Of a stretch of 64,000 nucleotides of DNA, positions 56,088 through 63,592 are shown in pieces; within the stretch, counting starts at the first letter, position 1, and each line of letters begins with the position of its first letter. The position numbers and the translations under genes are program-made. Below the pieces are notes generated by a model. It was not told the origin of the DNA and did no database searches. It saw nothing but the letters and a program-made list of their open reading frames with translations. This DNA comes from a virus. Location: positions 55,393-119,392 of the IMG/VR virus record IMGVR_UViG_3300033545_000001; one strand, written 5' to 3'.

Positions 56088-56093
56088 CTAATC

Positions 56094-56486
56094 ATGTCCC
56101 GACATGAGAGGTACCTTAGCCGTGCTCATCAAGAAGCTGAAGCTTCTGAACACCCGCGATGGTATCTAGGGGCTGTCCTTGTACGAGGTGGTTCCATAGT
56201 CGCTACGGCTCACAATGTGAGACGTAATTCCCCTTATGTGACTCAGGGTGCTCCAGGTACATCTTTGCATGCGGAACAGGCTGTTATTCGTAAAGTGTTC
56301 TATCAGGCAGATAGAGCTGAAGGTACTACTCTGTATGTTGTACGAGTCAATAATCTTGGACAACGTCGCCTTGCTCGTCCTTGTCATAGATGCTACAAGG
56401 CAATTGTAGCATCAGGCATAAAGACAGTAGTGTACTCTGTTGACGATGCTGCGTTTGGTATGGAAAGAGTTTACTCGAACACTTGA
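56094..56486 (+). CDS. zinc-dependent CMP/dCMP-type deaminase
   Basis: HAE and PCxxC motifs. Confidence 0.85.
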   Translation: MSRHERYLSRAHQEAEASEHPRWYLGAVLVRGGSIVATAHNVRRNSPYVTQGAPGTSLHAEQAVIRKVFYQADRAEGTTLYVVRVNNLGQRRLARPCHRCYKAIVASGIKTVVYSVDDAAFGMERVYSNT

Positions 56487-56511
56487 CAGCAGCTGGCAGA
56501 TGTGCTAGTAT
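56483..56511 (+). promoter_or_regulatory. sigma70-type promoter, leaderless geometry
   Basis: TTGACA-N17-TAGTAT, 6 nt before ATG 56518. Confidence 0.7.
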
Positions 56512-56517
56512 CAGATC

Positions 56518-56763
56518 ATGGAACTCGACAACTGCCCCAAGTGTGGACGCTCTTTTGATGACGGCAAGGGCTATCGTCTGGAGACTTCTGTAGAGATACG
56601 TGGAATGTATGACGGCACAGCCTTTTGGGCTGATGATATTCATAATGGCGGCTGCGGATGGGCTTGGCACAGATTTCCTGAAAATGAGAAATATTGGGGC
56701 AATCTTCGCAGTAGGATTCAACCACATCTCGATAGTTATATAGAGACTAACTACAATAAGTAG
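56518..56763 (+). CDS. small hypothetical (CxxC)
   Basis: 'CPKC...YDG..FW...CG..WHRF'. Confidence 0.65.
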   Translation: MELDNCPKCGRSFDDGKGYRLETSVEIRGMYDGTAFWADDIHNGGCGWAWHRFPENEKYWGNLRSRIQPHLDSYIETNYNK

Positions 56764-56772
56764 TTTATGTAC

Positions 56773-56882
56773 CTGTTTCGGTTACGCAGCGAGCCTGTCC
56801 TTGCTGCGTCCCATTCTCTCATACTAGAGTAATGGATAAGTTGGACCGAACAGTGGACGTTGCAGCAGGAGCGAGACGTCCA
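56773..56882 (+). ncRNA. structured RNA: three-way junction plus hairpin
   Basis: Stems 56773-83/56844-53, 56784-93/56800-09, 56811-19/56826-35, 56854-61/56875-82. Confidence 0.5.
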
Positions 56883-56885
56883 TAT

Positions 56886-56963
56886 GCGCGAGTATCCCCG
56901 CGATCTTATAAGTCGTGCATTGTAGGGTAATGGTGCATGTGGGTTCAAGCCCCACCTCGCGTA
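56886..56963 (+). tRNA. non-canonical D-armless tRNA-Ile(TAT)-like
   Basis: Acceptor GCGCGAG/CTCGCGT, anticodon loop CTTATAA, T arm GTGGG-TTCAAGC-CCCAC, no D arm. Confidence 0.65.
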
Positions 56964-56978
56964 CTGGAAGGAGTCGAA

Positions 56979-57623
56979 TTGAGGGAGGACGATTGCAGCA
57001 AGTACAGAATATGGACAAGTCCAGAAAATGAGGACTTGCTCCGTGAAGCAGTTATTAAGTGTTTAAATTACCGAGAAGTGGTCACCTACATAGGTCTCTC
57101 TTCTCGTGGCAGTACTGTAACTGTGCGTAAGCATATAGAGAGATTAAAATTAGATACTTCTCACTGGATTAAGCCTAAAACTAAAAATAGTTTTACAGAT
57201 GAGGAATTTACTCAAGTTTGGCAGAGTTCTTCGTCTCTAGCTGAGTGCAGCAGGAGATTAGGAATTTCTCCCACCTCCTCCACAGTAAGAGAGATATCTA
57301 ACAGACTTTCCCTTTCCAGAGATCATATGACGCATAACTATAGTAGGAGTGCTAAAAAGCCACTAGAGGACATTCTTATAGAATCTGACTACAGGCCCTA
57401 CTCTTCTAACTTGAAGAAGAGAATTCTTAACGAAGGTCTACTGGATAACAAATGCTCTATTTGTGGAATTTCTGACTGGCTGGAACAGCCCCTGTCTTTG
57501 GAGCTGGACCACATTAATGGAAACCCAGCCGATAACAGAATAGAAAATTTAAGAATACTATGTCCGAATTGTCACGCTCAGACTCCTACTTATCGAGGTA
57601 GGAACATAGGCAGAAATAAATAG
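56979..57623 (+). CDS. HNH homing endonuclease
   Basis: 'LELDHING...DNRIENLRILCPNCH'; TTG after AAGGAG. Confidence 0.88.
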   Translation: MREDDCSKYRIWTSPENEDLLREAVIKCLNYREVVTYIGLSSRGSTVTVRKHIERLKLDTSHWIKPKTKNSFTDEEFTQVWQSSSSLAECSRRLGISPTSSTVREISNRLSLSRDHMTHNYSRSAKKPLEDILIESDYRPYSSNLKKRILNEGLLDNKCSICGISDWLEQPLSLELDHINGNPADNRIENLRILCPNCHAQTPTYRGRNIGRNK

Positions 57624-57632
57624 GGGAATAAC

Positions 57633-57911
57633 ATGGCAGCAGGTAATCTACCTAGCTTTACATCGTCTCGTACTGCGGATGATCCTGAAGAAAAGTATGA
57701 GACTCACAATGAATATACTTGGACAGGAGACTCTGACGTCAACCGTAAACTGAAGAGTATCACTGTGTGGAATGACTTCAAGCCAGACCATAAGCTTGAG
57801 TACATTGCATCAAGTAAGACTGTAAGAGTTCTAGGTTCAGCAGCAGCTCCTCTGAACCTGCATATTCACCTGACTAATCAGCTTGTACGTATTGCCGGTC
57901 AATATAGTTAA
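57633..57911 (+). CDS. hypothetical
   Basis: 92-aa ORF with SD. Confidence 0.6.
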   Translation: MAAGNLPSFTSSRTADDPEEKYETHNEYTWTGDSDVNRKLKSITVWNDFKPDHKLEYIASSKTVRVLGSAAAPLNLHIHLTNQLVRIAGQYS

Positions 57912-57935
57912 GTGACAGGGGACACAATCCCCGAT

Positions 57936-58008
57936 GGCTGTGTAGCCCAATGGAAGAGGCGCCGGATTCAAGTCCCGGTCAGTGAGGGTTCGAGTCCCTC
58001 CACAGCTA
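57936..58008 (+). tRNA. tRNA-Leu(CAA), short variable loop
   Basis: Cloverleaf, loop TTCAAGT. Confidence 0.85.
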
Positions 58009-58009
58009 C

Positions 58010-58969
58010 GTGAAGAAACATAGAGTAGTAGACGCGTCTCCTGGTGCTGGAGGAATGCTCAAAGGCTTCCTAGACTCCGGGCGATTTGATGTGTCTGGAT
58101 ATTATTCAGAAATAGACTCATATGATGAGCAGACTTTAGTAGCCAATCTGCCAAGTTTTAGACAGAAGCCTCCATGTGATGTACTTGTAGGATCTTTTTT
58201 TGATCCCTCTCTAGAGAGTGATCAATACTACAGGAATATCATGAGAGAGTTGAAGCCAGCTATCTCTTTAGTAGAGATTCCAGCCTCAGGATATAAGTGG
58301 TCTAACCCTCCAGGATCTTGTTTCGGCTATGCTCATGAATGGTACGTCCTTGATGCAGTAGACTATCTTGTTCCTCAGCACCGTAAACGTTGTTGGGTTG
58401 TAGCCATTGATAGAAGCCTAGTAGGACCTAATTTCAAGATTGGTGCTCCTGCTCCCAGAAGTCATCCACTTACTGTGCGTGATGCTATAGGAGATGTTCC
58501 TTTTCAAGCTAAGTTTGTCCCCTGGAACCTGGCTAATGAACATTCAGGGATTTCTATGCATAGTATACTTACGCCTACAGTTAATAGGGCAAGGTATGAT
58601 ACTATTCCTCCAGGAAGTTCTGCTGATGCCATTCCAACTGATATGAGACCTTCTTACAGAAAAGATGACATAGGCCCCTCTGATATTTATGGTAGGCTTA
58701 TGTGGGACTATCCTGCTAAAGAGATTACTCCTAGAATAGATGCCAATTCAGGAAGGTTTATTCATCCTCAATGGGTTGATATTGACAGTACTGATAATGT
58801 AAACAGACTTATATCTCCACTAGAGGCTGCCAGGTTGCAGACTTTTCCAGACAGTTACGTGTGGATAGGAAATAGACATTCTGTGCTCAGGCAGATCGGC
58901 CAAGCTACGCCTCCAGCTCAAGCTATGTGCTGGGCTCATTATTTAGCCGACCTACTTGACAACGAGTAG
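58010..58969 (+). CDS. degenerate C5-cytosine methyltransferase homolog
   Basis: 'PGAGG', 'VPQHRKR', 'EAARLQTFPD', 'QIGQATPP'; catalytic PC and ENV motifs missing. Confidence 0.75.
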   Translation: MKKHRVVDASPGAGGMLKGFLDSGRFDVSGYYSEIDSYDEQTLVANLPSFRQKPPCDVLVGSFFDPSLESDQYYRNIMRELKPAISLVEIPASGYKWSNPPGSCFGYAHEWYVLDAVDYLVPQHRKRCWVVAIDRSLVGPNFKIGAPAPRSHPLTVRDAIGDVPFQAKFVPWNLANEHSGISMHSILTPTVNRARYDTIPPGSSADAIPTDMRPSYRKDDIGPSDIYGRLMWDYPAKEITPRIDANSGRFIHPQWVDIDSTDNVNRLISPLEAARLQTFPDSYVWIGNRHSVLRQIGQATPPAQAMCWAHYLADLLDNE

Positions 58970-58984
58970 CAGGTGTGTTAGAGT
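58956..58984 (+). promoter_or_regulatory. sigma70-type promoter
   Basis: TTGACA-N17-TAGAGT. Confidence 0.65.
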
Positions 58985-59024
58985 ATAACTAAGAGAAACG
59001 GCCTATTATGAGGAGGACGTACTA

Positions 59025-59216
59025 ATGAGTTATGTAGATGAATACCGCAAGATGGTTTCCACCAGCAATGTGATTGTTCAGGCTAGTAATGACACTCCTT
59101 TCAAGGTTTTCTCTTACCCTTCCCCTGAAGATGGCTGGGACATGTGGCAGAAGGATTACGAGACTGTAATTTTCACCGAAGATGACGATTGGCTAGAGAA
59201 TGACTGTGCAGGTTAA
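59025..59216 (+). CDS. small acidic hypothetical
   Basis: SD GAGGAGG. Confidence 0.55.
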   Translation: MSYVDEYRKMVSTSNVIVQASNDTPFKVFSYPSPEDGWDMWQKDYETVIFTEDDDWLENDCAG

Positions 59217-59736
59217 CAACCCACTTGCTGCTGCCAACCCTGGAGATATTGGTGTTACCAGTATCTCTGGGGATGTTGGCAAGCTCATTACTTTTGGTGA
59301 GTGGCTTAATGGCAACAAGGACGACAAGTATGACCATGCTTTCATTTATGTAGGTAATGGTCAAATAGTAGAAGCTGAGCCTGGAAAGCAAGGTGCTTGG
59401 CTTGGTAATGTTTCAGAGTACATGGATGGCAGACCTTTGGCATTTTCTACAGGCAAGCTTGCTCTAGATGATGGTCAAGGTCAGAAAATAGCAGATATTG
59501 CTCTCAGTCTTGTAGGTACCAAGTATTCATTCCTTGATTATTTCTCTATTGCTGCACACAGATTCCACATGCCTATTCCTGGCTTGAAGAGTTATATTGC
59601 TTCTAGTAAGCATATGATCTGTTCGCAATTGGTGGATTATGTTTACCAGCAGGCTGGATTCAAGCTGTTTACAGACGGCCGCTGGGATGGATACGTTACT
59701 CCAGCAGCACTTGCTGAGAGAATTGGCGCAAAGTAG
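59200..59736 (+). CDS. permuted papain-like NlpC/P60 (YaeF/YiiX) hydrolase
   Basis: 'PGDI', 'YDHAFIY...EA', later 'ICSQLV...Y', 'VTP'. Confidence 0.85.
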   Translation: MTVQVNNPLAAANPGDIGVTSISGDVGKLITFGEWLNGNKDDKYDHAFIYVGNGQIVEAEPGKQGAWLGNVSEYMDGRPLAFSTGKLALDDGQGQKIADIALSLVGTKYSFLDYFSIAAHRFHMPIPGLKSYIASSKHMICSQLVDYVYQQAGFKLFTDGRWDGYVTPAALAERIGAK

Positions 59737-59744
59737 GATGAGAA

Positions 59745-59990
59745 ATGGCTTACACAAAGTTCTTCCCCCGTGATACTAAGGTCATGGCGCAGGATTATAA
59801 CAATTATGAAGAGAGATCGAACAAGGCGCGTCAAGTCCTCGACTTCGAGCCTCTTGTACGAGTCATTGCTGATGGGGATGCACGAATGACAATGCCTGAG
59901 CTTCTTGCTGAGGCTGTCGCTGCTGAACTCAACTCAGCTTACGACAAGGGCTTTTACGATTCTAAGCATCAGCCTAAGGATATGGATTAG
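59745..59990 (+). CDS. hypothetical
   Basis: 81-aa ORF. Confidence 0.6.
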   Translation: MAYTKFFPRDTKVMAQDYNNYEERSNKARQVLDFEPLVRVIADGDARMTMPELLAEAVAAELNSAYDKGFYDSKHQPKDMD

Positions 59991-60145
59991 TGAAGCGTAT
60001 TAAAGTACGTATATCCCAATGGGATGGTTATGATTCCAAGAGAGTACTATACGCTGGAATTAGTACGTTGATAGGACTAGGGAGCGTCTTTGTGGGCGCT
60101 CCTATAGTTTTAGGTATGTGGGTTGGCTTGCTGATTTATACGTGC

Positions 60146-60174
60146 TTGACAGCCATCGCGTAGCATGCTAGTCT
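60146..60174 (+). promoter_or_regulatory. sigma70-type promoter
   Basis: TTGACA-N17-TAGTCT. Confidence 0.65.
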
Positions 60175-60209
60175 TACTACATCAGCCCGACAAGGGAAGG
60201 ATACAGAAT

Positions 60210-60353
60210 ATGGCTAAGATTCCTGATAAGCCACCAGCAAATCGCTCGGAAAGAGCTGCTGAAGAGGCTATTGCTCAAGGTGGAGGTCCTGCTCAAGGTG
60301 GCGCTCCTGCTGGAAAGCCTCAACCAGTTCCTCCGCCTCGTCCACATCCTTAA
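60210..60353 (+). CDS. Pro/Gly-rich small peptide
   Basis: ATG downstream of AAGGA. Confidence 0.45.
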   Translation: MAKIPDKPPANRSERAAEEAIAQGGGPAQGGAPAGKPQPVPPPRPHP

Positions 60354-60372
60354 TTAAAGATAAGGGGCAAAC

Positions 60373-60723
60373 ATGAAGGATTTTATTTCAGACCACATAG
60401 GCGGTCTTCTGCTGACAGGAGCTGCTACAGTACTTGTGCTGGCAACTGGCGGCTATGATGTTGTACTGCATTCTACTCAGCGTACAGTGACTGCAACTGT
60501 TACTAAGACATGGATTCAGTATTCTGATAATCGTACTATCAATCTCATTGGCACTAACGAAGGTGTTTTTGAGGATGCAGACAGTCCATTCTATGATAAG
60601 TTTAATTCGTCTGACTACTTCAATGAACTTACTGTAGGTAAGACTTACACGTTCGATGTGACTGGTTGGCGCATTCCGATTCTTTCAGCTTGGCCTAACA
60701 TCGTATCCTGTCAAGACTGCTAG
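60373..60723 (+). CDS. membrane-anchored/secreted protein
   Basis: N-terminal hydrophobic helix; 'GKTY...GWRIP...PNI'. Confidence 0.7.
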   Translation: MKDFISDHIGGLLLTGAATVLVLATGGYDVVLHSTQRTVTATVTKTWIQYSDNRTINLIGTNEGVFEDADSPFYDKFNSSDYFNELTVGKTYTFDVTGWRIPILSAWPNIVSCQDC

Positions 60724-60726
60724 AAC

Positions 60727-60821
60727 TTGACAAGTGGAGGAAGACATGGTAGACTTGGGAAATCCAAGGCAAGATGGTCCTCAACTAAGGACTTGACAGC
60801 ATCCGATAGTTCTGCTAGAAT
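60727..60821 (+). promoter_or_regulatory. tandem sigma70-type promoters for the tRNA array
   Basis: TTGACA-N17-TAGACT (60727) and TTGACA-N17-TAGAAT (60793); the second has CCGAT in its spacer. Confidence 0.7.
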
Positions 60822-60934
60822 AGTCTTACAGGCGAGAACCTCTGGTTCTTAACCTGGCTGGGACCGGCAGGAAGCTGGACCTAGAGACTTGGTACTAGTA
60901 TTCTTTTGGTTACGCTAGTACGTGAAGTCAGGCA

Positions 60935-61007
60935 TGCGGGGTACGCTAACGGTACGCGGGAAGGCTCATAACCTTCTGTACGTGGGTTCGAATCCCATCC
61001 CCCGCTA
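60935..61007 (+). tRNA. tRNA-Met(CAT), initiator-like
   Basis: Loop CTCATAA, 1:72 mismatch. Confidence 0.8.
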
Positions 61008-61023
61008 CGTAATAATTTAATAA

Positions 61024-61095
61024 CTGGGTGTGGTGTAAAGGTAAGCATGGCTGCTTTGGATGCAGGCGGATGGGGTTCGAGTCCCCGCTCCCGGA
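61024..61095 (+). tRNA. tRNA-Pro(TGG)
   Basis: Cloverleaf, loop TTTGGAT. Confidence 0.85.
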
Positions 61096-61127
61096 CGTAA
61101 CAGTTTCTATGATTTTAATATTATAAT

Positions 61128-61198
61128 CTGGGTATCGTATAGTGGTAAGACGTCTGTTTTGGGAACAGATGACGGAAGTTCGATTCTTCCTACCCGGA
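61128..61198 (+). tRNA. tRNA-Pro(TGG)
   Basis: Cloverleaf, loop TTTGGGA. Confidence 0.85.
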
Positions 61199-61210
61199 CG
61201 TAGTAACTAT

Positions 61211-61282
61211 GGCCTATTCGTATAGTGGCAAGTACCCCAGACTTCCAATCTGGCGACACCGGTTCGAATCCGGTATAGGTCT
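61211..61282 (+). tRNA. tRNA-Gly(TCC)
   Basis: Cloverleaf, loop CTTCCAA, U73. Confidence 0.9.
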
Positions 61283-61371
61283 CTATGAGAAAGATACCAG
61301 CGATAAAAAAGTGTTCTCATTGTGAAGAAGAGTTTAGTACTCTCAATTTAATCCAAAGTCTAACTAAATAT

Positions 61372-61442
61372 GTCTTAGTGGTGTAGCGGTAACATACTAG
61401 CTTGCCAAGCTGGTGTCACGGGTTCGAATCCCGTATAAGACT
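61372..61442 (+). tRNA. tRNA-Gly(GCC)
   Basis: Cloverleaf, loop TTGCCAA, U73. Confidence 0.9.
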
Positions 61443-61490
61443 CGCAGTATCAAGGAAGTTAAGTAGTGCCAAGAGGCGAAAGCCTCGAAT

Positions 61491-61563
61491 GTATCCAAAG
61501 CTGACTCGGATCAAGCGCTTGGTTGAAGCCCAGGAGAACTCAGTTCGACTCTGAGTGGATGCA
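61491..61563 (+). tRNA. tRNA-Phe(GAA)
   Basis: Cloverleaf, loop TTGAAGC. Confidence 0.8.
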
Positions 61564-61576
61564 CGCAGTAACTGAT

Positions 61577-61651
61577 GGTGGCTATAGCTTAGACGGATAA
61601 AGCGTCTGACTGTGACTCAGAAGACCGAGGGTTCGAGCCCCTCTAGTCACC
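61577..61651 (+). tRNA. tRNA-His(GTG)
   Basis: Loop CTGTGAC, G-1:C73. Confidence 0.9.
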
Positions 61652-61667
61652 CTTATAAACTTCATAT

Positions 61668-61742
61668 GCCTCTGTAGCTCAGCGGATAGAGCACCCGGCT
61701 ACGAACCGGGGTTTTGCGGGAGTTCGATTCTCTCCAGGGGCA
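61668..61742 (+). tRNA. tRNA-Arg(ACG)
   Basis: Cloverleaf, loop CTACGAA. Confidence 0.9.
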
Positions 61743-61773
61743 CTCCTCTTGCCAGGGACTCACAATTAAATAT

Positions 61774-61844
61774 GCCGGATTCGTCTAATGGTAGGGCCTT
61801 TGTTTTACACACAAATGGCGGGGGTTCGATTCCCTCATCCGGTA
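61774..61844 (+). tRNA. tRNA-Val(TAC)
   Basis: Cloverleaf, loop TTTACAC. Confidence 0.88.
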
Positions 61845-61845
61845 C

Positions 61846-61939
61846 GCAAGGGTATAGTGTAACAGCACGCCAGTCATCGGGACTGGTAGAGCCAGTCATC
61901 GGGACTGGTAGAGCCAGTAAAGTCTGGCTGCCCGTGCCA
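61846..61939 (+). ncRNA. tRNA-like RNA copy 1 with duplicated anticodon-type arm
   Basis: Acceptor AAGGGTA/TGCCCGT-G-CCA; 22-nt tandem repeat GCCAGTCATCGGGACTGGTAGA. Confidence 0.65.
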
Positions 61940-61941
61940 AT

Positions 61942-62015
61942 CTCTAGGTAGCTTAGTAGGTTAAAGCCTCCGTCTGATAAGCGGAAGACCGGTGGTTCGA
62001 GTCCACCTCTAGAGA
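61942..62015 (+). tRNA. tRNA-Ile(GAT)
   Basis: Cloverleaf, loop CTGATAA. Confidence 0.9.
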
Positions 62016-62144
62016 CGCTGCCCTAGCCTGAGGCGTATTAATAGCACATCAGGGAGACCAGTAATGCTGGTGAGCCTGTTGGATAGCATTAAAAGAGTAG
62101 TTATTTCTACTCAAGGTTAGCTGAGAGTAAAATCTCAGCGTCAT

Positions 62145-62217
62145 GCCAGCGTAGCCCAACGGTAGAGGCCTCTGACTTAGAATCAGATTGTTGTAGGTTC
62201 GAATCCTATCGCTGGTA
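62145..62217 (+). tRNA. tRNA-Leu(TAG), short variable loop
   Basis: Cloverleaf, loop CTTAGAA. Confidence 0.88.
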
Positions 62218-62218
62218 C

Positions 62219-62247
62219 TTGACAGTCTAGAAGATAGATGCTAGACT
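62219..62247 (+). promoter_or_regulatory. sigma70-type promoter, leaderless geometry
   Basis: TTGACA-N17-TAGACT, 6 nt before ATG 62254. Confidence 0.7.
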
Positions 62248-62253
62248 TCATGT

Positions 62254-62721
62254 ATGACAAGGAGAAAGTACACCAAAGAAGTTTTGCAAGAAGCTGCAAA
62301 TAGTTCTACAAGCTATGCAGGAATTCTAAGAGTTTTAGGAATCAAGCAGGCAGGTGGATCGCAGTCAAATATAATTAAAGCATGTAGCGTCTTAGGTGTA
62401 GATGTCAGTCATTTTACAGGTCAAAGTTGGTCCAAAGATAGAACCTTTAAGAAAAGGGCTGTGGAAGAAATTCTTGTAGTCCTCCCTGAAGGATCACATA
62501 GACCAAAAACAAAGACTTTATTAAACTGCATAAAGGCAAAAGAAGTACCTTATAGTTGCAGCGAATGTGGCTTGGGGAATATATGGAATGGCAAGTCTCT
62601 TACACTAGAGATAGATCATATTAGCGGAGACTGGCTGGATAATAGACTAGAAAATTTAAGATTTCTATGTCCTAACTGTCATAGCCAGCAAGAAACTAAT
62701 AAGCCATACAAAAATAGGTAA
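62254..62721 (+). CDS. HNH homing endonuclease
   Basis: 'LEIDHISG...DNRLENLRFLCPNCH'; paralog of ORF 56979. Confidence 0.88.
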   Translation: MTRRKYTKEVLQEAANSSTSYAGILRVLGIKQAGGSQSNIIKACSVLGVDVSHFTGQSWSKDRTFKKRAVEEILVVLPEGSHRPKTKTLLNCIKAKEVPYSCSECGLGNIWNGKSLTLEIDHISGDWLDNRLENLRFLCPNCHSQQETNKPYKNR

Positions 62722-62722
62722 T

Positions 62723-62795
62723 GGTCCGTTGGAGCAGCGGTTAACTCGTCTCCCTCTCAAGGAGAAGATCAGGGGTTCAAATCCCCTACGGACTA
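62723..62795 (+). tRNA. tRNA-Glu(CTC)
   Basis: Cloverleaf, loop CTCTCAA. Confidence 0.9.
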
Positions 62796-62796
62796 C

Positions 62797-63222
62797 GTGA
62801 AACAATGTATAAAGTGCGGCATAGAGAAAGATGACTCTAGTTTCTTTAAAAGAACTCTTAAGTCAGGCGCAGTAGGTTTACAGTCTTGGTGCAAAGACTG
62901 TAATAAAGAACATAAAGGCACTTGGATAAAAGACAATAGGGATAAAGTAAGATGGAATACTTTGTGGTCAAAGTACAGACTTCGTGAAGAGGACTGGAAC
63001 CGCATGGTACTTCAGCAAGAAAATCTTTGCGCTGTGTGTAGATTTGAAGTTCCTACAATAGTAGATCATGACCACGATTGCTGTCCTACAGTTCCTTGTT
63101 GCGGTAAATGTGTCAGAGGTTTAGTATGTAATAGATGTAACGTGTTTATTGGATATTTAGAAATGAATCCTAATCTTCACGAAAGTGCAGTAGCCTATTT
63201 GGCCCGTTGGTCTAGTGGTTAG
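62797..63222 (+). CDS. endonuclease VII-family homing endonuclease
   Basis: 'VDHDHDCC...CGKCVRGLVCNRCN'; stop lies inside the next tRNA. Confidence 0.85.
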   Translation: MKQCIKCGIEKDDSSFFKRTLKSGAVGLQSWCKDCNKEHKGTWIKDNRDKVRWNTLWSKYRLREEDWNRMVLQQENLCAVCRFEVPTIVDHDHDCCPTVPCCGKCVRGLVCNRCNVFIGYLEMNPNLHESAVAYLARWSSG

Positions 63223-63273
63223 GACGCCTGACTTTCAATCAGGAAAAGACGAGTTCGATCCTCGTACGGGCTA
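63201..63273 (+). tRNA. tRNA-Glu(TTC)
   Basis: Cloverleaf, loop CTTTCAA. Confidence 0.9.
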
Positions 63274-63335
63274 CGTCGGTTCCCCTGTACGCTGGGGATT
63301 AAAGAGGTCGTTCAAGTAAGGCCGCGCCGCCCAAT

Positions 63336-63408
63336 GGTTTGTTAGCTCAGGGGTTAGAGCACCTCCCTGTCAAGGAGGGGGCCACGGGTTCGACTCCCTC
63401 ACGGGCTA
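63336..63408 (+). tRNA. tRNA-Asp(GTC), chimeric or degenerate
   Basis: Loop CTGTCAA; T stem has 2 mismatches; acceptor has 4 G-U pairs. Confidence 0.65.
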
Positions 63409-63518
63409 CGCTGGGTAGGTTTCCCTTGAGGAATTAAATGATACCAAGCCTTCCGTAAGGTTACCTCTAGCCCCTGGGGTATTAAATCTGGCTTTGGAAG
63501 CTAGAGCCTTTAAACTCT

Positions 63519-63591
63519 GGTTCGTTAGCTCAATGGTCAGAGCACCTGCTTGTCACGCAGGAGGTTGCGGGTTCGAATCCCGTACGAATCG
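63519..63591 (+). tRNA. tRNA-Asp(GTC)
   Basis: Cloverleaf, loop TTGTCAC, G73. Confidence 0.9.
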
Positions 63592-63592
63592 C

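Noticed and set aside
59990-60163. 57-aa hydrophobic ORF as a holin
   Set aside because: The hydrophobic part runs through a terminator-like hairpin and a promoter; coding status is unsupported.
61869-61918. CRISPR-like repeat
   Set aside because: Two adjacent copies with no spacer, inside a tRNA-like fold; no cas genes in the window.
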